A DNA stretch of 64,000 nucleotides. It comes from Diplonema japonicum (taxonomy: Eukaryota > Protista > Euglenozoa: Diplonemea). Under the pieces are notes generated by a model. That model searched no databases and was not told the DNA's origin. It was given only the letters and a program-made list of their open reading frames with translations. Position numbers and translations under genes: made by a program. The stretch is taken from contig OZ025726.1 of the NCBI GenBank assembly GCA_964019335.1, forward strand, positions 62,001 through 126,000, given 5' to 3'. Positions 44,788 through 54,051 of this stretch are shown in pieces. Position 1 is the first letter of the stretch. Every line of letters begins with the position of its first letter.

Positions 44788-46271
44788 ATACATCATTGTT
44801 TACCGAGATCCCATCGAGGTACTGCTTCAGAAGGGCACGGAGCTTGGTGTTCTCGTTCATCAGGTGGTACTTCTCCCTTGCGATGGCAGCGTTGTCGAGA
44901 AGGACCTTGTTGAACTTCTTCCAGAAGTTCTCTAAGTACTGCCACTCCTCCACCAACCCGTCCTGTCTCAACAGCACCGACATTTCCTTTGCTGCTGCCT
45001 CTAGCTGTGGGTCGCTAGGGGGTTTTGGATTTCCTGCTTGTTCGGCCTCGAACTGTTGCTGTTTCTCCGCCTGAAGCATCGTCTCGAACTCCACTTCTTC
45101 TACACTCACGCCATTCGCGAAGTTCAGGACTCGTTCTCTTTCTGTCTCCAGTGCCCTGCACAGCTCAGACAGGCGCAGCACTCTCTTCGCCCTCTCGCTG
45201 TTGCCCTCGAGGGAGGCTTTTGTCTCTCTTGCCTGTGCAACTAGCCTGTTCAGTTTGTCCTCTTGTTGTTTTCGCCACCTCTGCATTCTGTGTTTTAGTT
45301 CTTTGAAATGTTTCGCCGTCATCTCCTTCTCCTCCTTCATCGCCTTGTTCCGCTCCTCGCACTCCTTGATGTTGTTCGCCAGGTTCGCCTTCCAGTTCGC
45401 GATCATTTCCTGCAGCTTCAGGATACGCCGCATCTGGCGTGAGATCTGGAGGACAATTTTTTTTTTTTTTTTTTTTTTTAATTTTATATTTCAAACACAC
45501 CTTGTCAGCTGTTTCAGCATCCTTGTTCGTCAGGTCGATGTAGGTTTTCATCTTCTCCTCTGCAGACTGCATGTACTTGTCGTGTTCATGGTTGATCTGG
45601 TGCTGGTACTCTAGAATCTCTCCTTCAAGCATTTGTTTCAGAACGTTGTATTCCTCTTGGTTTTTGTCCCGCGTCTCGTCCTTTTTCTGGCTGAAGTCTG
45701 TCTGGATGTCCGTGTCTTGCTCTTCAGCGTCCTTCTTCATGGCGTTCATGATGGCGTGCAGGGCCTCGATCTCTTTGTGATGCTTGGCACGGATCTCAGC
45801 TTTTTCAAGCTCAAACTCGTGCTTCAGCTCCTTCAGGTCTGACTCGTACTCTGTGTCAAGGTCTGACATGCGCTGGTTTTGCAGCTCTATAAGGGAGTCT
45901 ATGCTTTGTAGGTGGGTTCGGAGTGCTAGGCGGTACTGCTCCTCTGCCTCCGTGAGGTCGCCCATCAGCATGTCGATGACTGCGTTCTTCCTATCGAGAG
46001 TTTTGTCGTAGGTCTGTCGTAGGACTTCTACGTCTGCAGAAAGTTCGACGTACTTTTCCCTCCTGAGCAGCTCCACCCACCGCATTTGTACCTCCCGTAG
46101 ATTCTCCTGGCTGTACTTTGCCTCTTCCTCCATGAGTTCCTGCATCCGTGTCTTGATCAGGACCTCCCGTCTTTTCTTCTCCTCCTGTTCCTTCAGCCTG
46201 TCCATTTCCATCTGGTCCTTGTCGCGTGTCACCTTCGCGCCCCCCTTCATCAACTTTCCGTAGAGCGGCAT
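44507..46271 (-). CDS. DRC2: Dynein regulatory complex subunit 2 (CCDC65) (4 exons)
   Basis: LDRKNAVIDML..DLTEAEEQYRLALRTHLQSIDSLI and LENFWKKFNKVLLD..ENTKLRALLKQYLDGISV motifs. Introns 45446-45500, 44722-44791 and 44543-44613. Confidence 0.85.
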
Positions 46272-46347
46272 ATTTTTGCTTTTTTCTCTCTCTCCACTTT
46301 TTCCTGAAGGGGATTGTATGTTCAAAGGAAGAAGAAGAAGAAGAAGG

Positions 46348-46394
<47 letters not shown>

Positions 46395-46565
46395 GGGAAA
46401 AAAAAAAAAAAAGGTTGTTTCTTGATGTACATCGAAGGGGAAGAAAAAAAAAAAAAAAAAAAAGAAGAAAACAAACCGAAACGGATTTGACACGGAATCG
46501 TGCTTAAGTAGGGTAAGAACGCCTTTTACGCCGACCACAAGAAGGTGACCGCTAGCAAAAGAGTG

Positions 46566-46604
<39 letters not shown>

Positions 46605-47126
46605 GCACAAGAGGAGGTGTCGTCACGCACCTGAGACCCAGGTCTGGAATAGACCTTTGGTCTTGCTGCCCCACAAGTCAACGTCACTGATGATAGAAGG
46701 AACAAAAAAAGCTGGCTACTGACCGCTAAAATAAAAGATCCACCAATCCAATGGGGGGGGAAAAAAGGGGGGCAGGGGCACACGTATCTGTGCTTAAGTG
46801 TTATGTCGCATTACGACAGTAAGTAGAAGCAACGCCTAAGGGGAAGAACACACACCACATCTACGAATGGACAACGATGGCAAATAGATATTTGCGCATA
46901 GTGCTGCCCAGTGGAAGTGGAGCGGGGTAGGGAGGGGTCACATGCAGTTTCGCCGTGCTGAGTACTGGCGAAACTGGCAAGGCCACCTAAACCATGTGCT
47001 ACGCCCCTCTTTGACCAAAAATCGAAATCCGCCGGTTTCGAGCACCCGTTTGGTCATAAAAGGGGTATGGAGGTGGATTCTTTTTTTTACCTACAATGTT
47101 TTTCCTTTTTTTTTTTTTTTTTTTTT

Positions 47127-47604
47127 TTAATTTTACTCTTCGTCATTTTTTTTCTTCACCGGGGTATCGTAATTTAACGTGAAACGTCCATCCTCGAAAA
47201 AAAAAAAATGTACTCAACCCTTTGAAAAATATTTTTTGGGGGTGGGGTATTTTGACTATTTTCAGCCATCTGAGGCTATTCCGGCCTTAAAAGTGGGAAT
47301 AAGTGCGTTACTTCCCCTTTAAAACGCCACGGCGAAATACCTTCCCCATGTTACTTTAGGAAACCCCCTAAAAAAGCTGACCTGCGTGAAAAAAAACAGC
47401 AGTGAAAGCAGAGGAGTTGAGTGACTCAAATGACGAAGAGTGAAATAAAACGACTCTTACTTGCCGCCAAATTAGCCATTATTCACCTTTTTTCTTTTCT
47501 TTTTTTTTTTTCTTCTTTTTTTGCACTCGGGCCCTGCGGGCAAATCCGGGAACTCGAGTTAAGTAATGACTCATTATTTGTTGGCAATAAATAGCTATTT
47601 TTTT
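47127..47604. mobile_element. Non-autonomous interspersed element, copy 2 (decayed)
   Basis: Same orientation as 33324-33840 and colinear with it (shared GGGGTATTTTGACTATT, TTAAAAGTGGGAATAAGTGC, AAAAAGCTGACCTGCGTGAAAA, TAATGACTCATTATTTGTTGGCAATAAATAGCTATTTT). The palindrome and one hairpin arm are deleted. Confidence 0.65.
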
Positions 47605-47646
47605 TCTTCTTTTTTTTTCTTAAGTAAACGAAAAGGACCAGAGCCC

Positions 47647-48357
47647 TTAACTGTAATGGTAGCCGTAAATACTATGGTCATAGGGAAAAGAGAAATCAAG
47701 ATTAGTGTAGACTTCGGGCTTTGGGGACCTCTGCAAGGTGTACAAGAAGCACTGCTTCCCGGTAGAGGGCTGCTCCCAAGGGGTGCCGTCGAAGGCGGGG
47801 TCGAAAATGTTGGCGATAATGTAGGCCTCGTCCACGGTCCCCACCTTAAGGTACATGGCACGGATCTGAGGTATGAAACCATCCTTGTGCATAGGCCTGC
47901 TGCATGCTGTTGCATACTTTGTTACATTTGTCTTGCAAGTTGCGTTGAAGAGGTCAACAAGTTCCTCTTGGTCTCCCAGTGTAAGGTCTGCTACAATGTC
48001 ACACACCTGAAGCATCACCACAGCGGTGGGCTTGGCATTGTCCTTCGGTACATTCACAGGAACGGGGTAGGCAGCAATATCGATATTGTAAAGGGATTTT
48101 ACGTATTTTTTGAGATCGGTTATGGCTTCCTTTATTTCGCTATATAGGTCTGTGTGAGGGATGACAACCAGCCCCTTTGTTTTGCAGGTGCCGTTTTGCT
48201 TTACTATGTGGCACTCGACAGCGATGTACTTTCCTAACAGAGTCTTTACCTTTACCCTATGTGGCACGTGGGGGATCATAATGCCTTCACGGCCGACCCA
48301 TGCCGCGTGGAGGTGTGCTAGCTCGTCGAGTTGTTGAGTGGTAGGCCTCATGGTCAT
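47647..48357 (-). CDS. Hypothetical protein, divergent RRM-like family, paralog 1
   Basis: Likely start MTMRP at 48357. Homologous to 49421..50143 (AMYLK, DEA..IAN, QPST.KQCFLY.LQRSPK). Confidence 0.75.
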   Translation of the reverse strand: MTMRPTTQQLDELAHLHAAWVGREGIMIPHVPHRVKVKTLLGKYIAVECHIVKQNGTCKTKGLVVIPHTDLYSEIKEAITDLKKYVKSLYNIDIAAYPVPVNVPKDNAKPTAVVMLQVCDIVADLTLGDQEELVDLFNATCKTNVTKYATACSRPMHKDGFIPQIRAMYLKVGTVDEAYIIANIFDPAFDGTPWEQPSTGKQCFLYTLQRSPKPEVYTNLDFSFPYDHSIYGYHYS

Positions 48358-49240
48358 GGAAAAGGTGTGTTGGAACCTTTTTTTTTTTTTTTTTTTTTTT
48401 TTTGTGTCACGGAATAAGAAAAAAAAAAAAAAGCGAAAAAAGAGGTGTAGAACAGAGAAGATTAATCCATATTCGCTGAGTGACCGACCAGAACTCGAAC
48501 CAGTTTTCCAAGGGCTTTTAAAGGGAAAAGTGCCCAGGTGCAAAAGTTTGGCAAAAATGGCCAAAACTCAAAATGGCGACTTCCAAGGTCATTTTGGTTG
48601 GCCCCCAAAAAACTTTTTTTGGAAAATTCTTTTTGGAACTTCCTTGGAACTCACCGTTCTTTCATGTCCGACATATGGACTTTTTGAAATGAACCTTTGA
48701 GCATTTTTGACATTTTTTCCCCTATAGCCCCCTATAACCCCTTTGGGACATAGGGCAGGTCACTTTGTGAATATGGAAGGTAAAAAAAAAAAAAAAAAAA
48801 CAAAAAAAGGCGGTGTTTTAAGGGCAAATCCCAGGAGATGAGGACCACCAAAAAAAGATAGAATTTCGAAGGGAAATTTTAAAAAAAAAAAAGAGACATT
48901 TAAAAAAAAAAAAAAAGAAATATAAGAGATAGAAGAAAAAAAAGAATATCGATTAGATTGAAAAGGGAGGGGGAGTCACTAATAAAAAGAAAAGTTAAAA
49001 CAAAAAAAAAAAAAAAAAAAAAAAAAAACAAAAAACTCACTTTTTTTCCCGTGGACAAGCCCGATTTTCAGCTTGAGCATTCCATGGCTCGTAAGTAAAA
49101 AAGAAAAAAAAGAAAAAAAATAAAGAGCTCCTTAAGTCGAAAGATAAATAATTGACACCAGGCGCTAATAATTGGCGCAAAGGCGCTAAGAAGGGGCTGA
49201 TGGCAAAGGACAGAGTGACCAAGAAACTGATCATTAGGCC

Positions 49241-49273
<33 letters not shown>

Positions 49274-49420
49274 ATCAAAAGTACAGAGGAAAAAAAAAAA
49301 AAAAATTCCTCTGACTGGGAAAAACCACCCCCCCCCCCCCAACGTGCCAAAAAAAAAAAGAATTTCATGGCTATTATATGAAGGGGGGGAATTTTTTTTT
49401 AATTTTTTAAAAACATTTTC

Positions 49421-50143
49421 TCACCAACTGTAGAAAAAACCATACGCACCCAAATCATCATGACCATTAACATCATTTGGTGCAACCTGGTTAGCAAGGT
49501 AAACATCACGCTTCGGGGATCTCTGCAAACTGTACAAAAAGCACTGCTTATTGGTCGAAGGTTGGACCCATCGGACACCATTTAAAGCAGGATTGATAAA
49601 GTTGGCGATTGCTAGGGCCTCATCGTCGGTGGCCAGCTTCAAGTACATCGCACAAATATTGGGAACACGCATAACCCCACTAAAATTCTTGGCCTTGCTG
49701 GCAGCGGCTGTATACCTAGTGACTGTCACCCGACATGCTGCGTTGAAGTAGTGAACAAGACTCAGCTGGTCCTCTGCTATCAGAGGCTCCTCAATACCAA
49801 CTATCTGAACCATCACCACAGAGGTGGGTTTCGTTTCTTTCGGTTTGTTCAGAATGATTTCTTTTGGCGTGACGCTGAGCTTGTACCTGTCCCACAAGAA
49901 CTTTTTGATGTCGGCCTTCGGTATCTCTATGCTTGCAACGTTCAGGTCTCTCGGGCTCAAGATCAGCACCTTGTTTTTGCAGTATCCGTCCTTAGACACG
50001 ATGTGGATCTCGTGTGTTACAATACTGTCGGAGAGGTCGTTCAGATTAACCTCATGTGGTACGTCCTGAACCATAATGCCCTTCTTTCCGGCACGCTTTG
50101 CACAGAAGTTCAAATCTCTGTGGTGTGTGAGCAAGGCGGCCAT
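49421..50143 (-). CDS. Hypothetical protein, divergent RRM-like family, paralog 2
   Basis: 240-aa ORF, paralog of 47647..48357. Confidence 0.75.
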   Translation of the reverse strand: MAALLTHHRDLNFCAKRAGKKGIMVQDVPHEVNLNDLSDSIVTHEIHIVSKDGYCKNKVLILSPRDLNVASIEIPKADIKKFLWDRYKLSVTPKEIILNKPKETKPTSVVMVQIVGIEEPLIAEDQLSLVHYFNAACRVTVTRYTAAASKAKNFSGVMRVPNICAMYLKLATDDEALAIANFINPALNGVRWVQPSTNKQCFLYSLQRSPKRDVYLANQVAPNDVNGHDDLGAYGFFYSW

Positions 50144-50908
50144 TTGGTGAGTATGAACCTTTTTTTTTTTTTTTTTTAAAAAAAAGAAAAGAATAAATCG
50201 TGTGCACAGTGTTCTGTCTCATATGACCTGAAATTAAAAAAAAAATAAACTAAAAAAGTGGATTAAAAAAAAAAAAACTTCTTGTGTTCTTTTCTTTTTT
50301 TTTTTGCTAAGTACTTTTTGAACACCATACCACTCCCCTCTCTTCAAAGAGCAATATATATATTTTTTTTTTTGAGCGAACTTTTTATTCGCTGGGAGCA
50401 TGGCGCAAGTGCGCCAGAAAACCTGATTTAAGACTAACCAGGTCACCGTGTGCATCAGGTTTAAAAAAAAAAAATTACGCCCACCTGTTGCAATCACCTC
50501 TACGTTTGTGGTTTTCTCTTTTTTTTTTTTTTAAATACATATTTATCCCCCTTGGGAGAGGAATAAAAAAAAAAGAGAAAAAAAAAAAAGAAGGAAGAAA
50601 GGACCCTCTAGGTTGGCAAATCGTGTTTGACAAAGGTTCCTAACGCAGGGGGTTGTTTCCTTCTCTTTTTTTTTCCCCCCTCTCCACAACTCTTTTTTTT
50701 TTTTTAAACACACGTCCGCACCCCCCAGAGAAAAATTAAAGGGGGGGGAGAAGCGGAGTGCTCAGCATACATTTTTTTTTTCCCCTTCTTTTTTCTTTTC
50801 TTTCTTTCTGTTCAGTACCATGTTTTCTTTAGAAAAAAAAACAAACAAAAAAAAAAAAAAAAAACACTTCATCTTTTTTTTTTTAAATAAAAAACTTGAA
50901 TTCTTTTT

Positions 50909-52156
50909 TCAGAAAACCTGTGCTTGCCTCATGAGCTCCACACCCCTTCGAACAATAGAGCTCTTCCACTCGGGTTTCCTTACGTAAAACGCATCACGCG
51001 TGTACTCAGCCCAGTACGGCTGGAACTCAGGGTCGAAGTGGTACGCCATGTTTTCCAAGATCAGCGCGCGTGCGACGAATAGTCCGTGTACAGTGCCGAA
51101 CTCTTGGGTGATGAAGTGCTTCTCTGATGCAGATGTGAAAATTTTTCTCAAGGCATGTGAAGTGAACCCCTCTGTGAGTTCATAACCCCCGGCAGCCTGG
51201 CTGTTTTTTTCAGACCCATCCAGCGCTTCCACCTTTGTCAGCGGGTCTGTCACAGGGCTGACAGGAAACCTTTCCCTAACCTTCTTCGCGATCTCTCCAT
51301 CGTCCACCAGCAAGGTGTCGACACCCTCAGGACCAAGCCCAGTGTGCACATCGATCTGCGTGACTTTGCCTGTTGCCTTATGAAGGTTCTTGCCCTCCAA
51401 ATAGCTCCTGAGTATCTTGTAAGATGCCTGAAGCTCAGTCCCGCCGAAAAAAATCCCAGTCTGAGTTTTTTTTTTTTTTTTTTCCCCTTCCCATACCGGT
51501 TTTTGATACTGAGCGGCAACAAGCGAAAGTTTGAGCCCTTCCAAACCATGATTGTACAAGGCCTTAGCCGCGATGGCCAGGATGCGGAATGGGTCCGCAA
51601 GGGACGGGGCATGAGGGGGGTTGAAGAGGTGGTCGAAGTCACCGTAGCCCACTACGTTGAAATCGCGTGCTTTAAGACGCTCGAAATCTGCAAGGTCGTA
51701 AAGCCCGTTCCTGTTTAGGTCCACGTTGTTCTCATTCCACCTGCGGAAGTGCGCCATGCCGTAGGGATTGAAGGCGTGGATCAGAACAGTAGTTTTCTTG
51801 GGTGGGCTTGCCGCCCATTGTTCTAAGAGCTTCACCTGAACACCTGAGCCAGCATACCCTTCGACGCCATGTACACCGCTGAAGTGCAGAACAAGCTCAC
51901 CCCCTTGTTCCGGTGAGACCTCGCCCTTGATCAACCCTATGTCTATCGTGTATGCGCTACCTTCTGCGATGGGGATTGTCGTCAGATCCATCCCCTGTAC
52001 CTTCTCCACCCCCCTCCTGAACTTATCCCTTGCCTCCCAATATGACTCTGAGAACGCCCTGCTCGGGTCGTACTGCTCCACCCTTCGCATTTCGTTCTGC
52101 GCCATCAATGCGGCGATCACCGCTGCTGCTAGTACCACCCAGGTTAAAAACCCCAT
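50909..52156 (-). CDS. DUF2817 / M14 zinc-carboxypeptidase-like protein (2 exons)
   Basis: Signal/anchor sequence, SGVHGVEGYAGS, NPYG..RRWNENNVDLNRN, IDVHTGLG, TQEFGT. In-frame poly-A intron 51461-51496 (36 nt). Confidence 0.85.
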   Translation of the reverse strand: MGFLTWVVLAAAVIAALMAQNEMRRVEQYDPSRAFSESYWEARDKFRRGVEKVQGMDLTTIPIAEGSAYTIDIGLIKGEVSPEQGGELVLHFSGVHGVEGYAGSGVQVKLLEQWAASPPKKTTVLIHAFNPYGMAHFRRWNENNVDLNRNGLYDLADFERLKARDFNVVGYGDFDHLFNPPHAPSLADPFRILAIAAKALYNHGLEGLKLSLVAAQYQKPVWEGEKKKKKTQTGIFFGGTELQASYKILRSYLEGKNLHKATGKVTQIDVHTGLGPEGVDTLLVDDGEIAKKVRERFPVSPVTDPLTKVEALDGSEKNSQAAGGYELTEGFTSHALRKIFTSASEKHFITQEFGTVHGLFVARALILENMAYHFDPEFQPYWAEYTRDAFYVRKPEWKSSIVRRGVELMRQAQVF

Positions 52157-52795
52157 TTTTTTTTTTTTTTTTTTCCTGTAAGAAGTGCAAAAAATGCCGG
52201 GAGTGACAAAACTCCAGGGGGGAATAAAAAGCCTGGATATTTTTCTTTTTCGGATTTTTTTTTTCGCTTTACAGTACTTTAAAAAAAAAAGAGGGAAGGA
52301 AAAAAAAAAGAGAGAGGGGAAAAAAAAAAAGACAACAAAACAGACACACTAAGAATGGGCTGTTTCTTTTTTTTTTACCCCCCTTTTTTTCCCCTCCATT
52401 GTTTTTTTTTTCTTTTTGAATTTCTTTTTTAAAAAGAGAACGTTTTTTTTTTTTTTTTTTAAATTTCTTCTTCCTCTTGCTGGTGATACGGTTGTTTTCT
52501 TTTTTTCTTTTTTTTTCATTTGAAATAGGGCGGAAGGCAAGGATGAGAAGAAAAAAAAAGGGGGGGAGGGGGACAAATATGCTCGGAAGTACAAGAAAAA
52601 TATACGCAAAAAAGTGGAATAAATAACAAGCAAACACACTGAGGACGTCCTCCCACCTACCTCATTCTTTTTCTCTATTTTCACACGAAAATAGAAAAAA
52701 AAAAGAAAAGGAGACACTGAGGCTGGGGGGGGGTGGAACACACGCCCTCCCCCCCCCATGTTATAATTTTTTTTAACTTTCCCCTTTCTTTTCCC

Positions 52796-52865
52796 TCAAA
52801 GCCCTTTATTGAAGCGAACGTGTTCGATACCCAACTGTTAGGAAAAAAAATTTTTTTCATTGTTA

Positions 52866-52910
<45 letters not shown>

Positions 52911-53864
52911 CTGTTTCGCCTTTTCTTTCAGTTCTGGTTCAAGAGAATCAACCGAGTAGGTACCTCTCTGAGGGAACAGAGCGATGGCGAATGGGAGACC
53001 GACGGACAGCGACGCCGTGAGCACTGAAAGATCGATAACTACCCCACCGAGGAAGGAAGAGGAAAACTTTGGTGCGAACGACCTGACAACAGGCATGACG
53101 AACGGAGGGAGGAGGAGAACAGGGGCCGGAAGTACAACACGCGACATCGCGCACTGGAAAAGAGCGGTTTTTGCAACAGAACAAGACTTCCCCAAATCTT
53201 CGTTAGTTACGGGGTCGAAGACAGATATCCCGTCTATAGCCTCCTTATACCTCATGGCCGCAACATTGAAAGCACCTGCTCCGGCAACAGCAGTAAAGGG
53301 AACAGCAACAGAACAAGCACGGGCTACGGAGGGGGATAATTTCGCGTTGTTAAGCCACGTCTTGAGACCCAACGCAACGGAGCACGACACCCCGCATGCC
53401 ATTCCATAGGCCATGAGAGTAGTCTTAATCTCTTCACTCTGATCGTTGTTGCCGTCAGTTGTGATTGGTCTGTTTACATAGTTAAAACCGGCGTTGTATG
53501 ACTGGTTGACCCACTGCCATAAGGCAGCATTGAACATTGTGGGTGAAGAGAGCAGCATCCCAGCAGAGATGGGGACGTTAACTGGGATGAACGAGGACGG
53601 CATGAAGAAGGGGTGCAGTTTCTCCTGTGTGTCCGGGTGCATCAGAGCCGACAGCGTCCCCCGCGCCTCCCACAGTTTCTTGCTCTCCTTCACACCGTCG
53701 ACCTTCCCCGCCTTGAAATCCCGGATCAGATCCTTGCACTCCATGATCTTCTCCGCACCCGTGAACAGCCGTCTAGGGTCAATTACATCATAGAAATGCC
53801 ACACCCTACCCATATAAGTGTCCAGGTTATAATACGGATCCGTGAGGTGGAATGGTTTTGACAT
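52796..53864 (-). CDS. SFXN: Sideroflexin (mitochondrial tricarboxylate/serine carrier family) (2 exons)
   Basis: TYMGRVWHF..HPDT..WQWVNQSYNA..ALFPQ..LEPE. Removing intron 52835-52910 (76 nt) supplies the family's FNKGL* C-terminus. Confidence 0.92.
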
Positions 53865-54051
53865 TTTTTTTTCTTTTTTTTTTTCTCCTTCTCCTTTCTT
53901 ATTTGTTTAAGACGCCGTAATATGGGGTGGGGGGAGGGATAAAAGGCACTGGGGTGGGGAGTGAGAATGTTGTACAATAAAAAAAAAAGAGGGAGGGGGG
54001 GGGGAAAAAAATCCCCCCTTTTCCCTTTTTCTTTTTTTTTTTTTGGTTTCT

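Noticed and set aside
28211-46610. Reading the broken ORFs (MFS, Miro, DRC2, PSP1 protein) as pseudogenes, programmed frameshifts or a variant genetic code
   Set aside because: Every break is resolved by a GT-AG intron that restores conserved motifs under the standard code.
46500-46960. Possible small gene containing a GT-poly(A)-AG segment
   Set aside because: I could not build a convincing open frame with a start and a stop.
48470-48780. Repeat-like sequence between the two RRM-like paralogs
   Set aside because: It looks like a transposon fragment but has no second copy or clear termini in this window.
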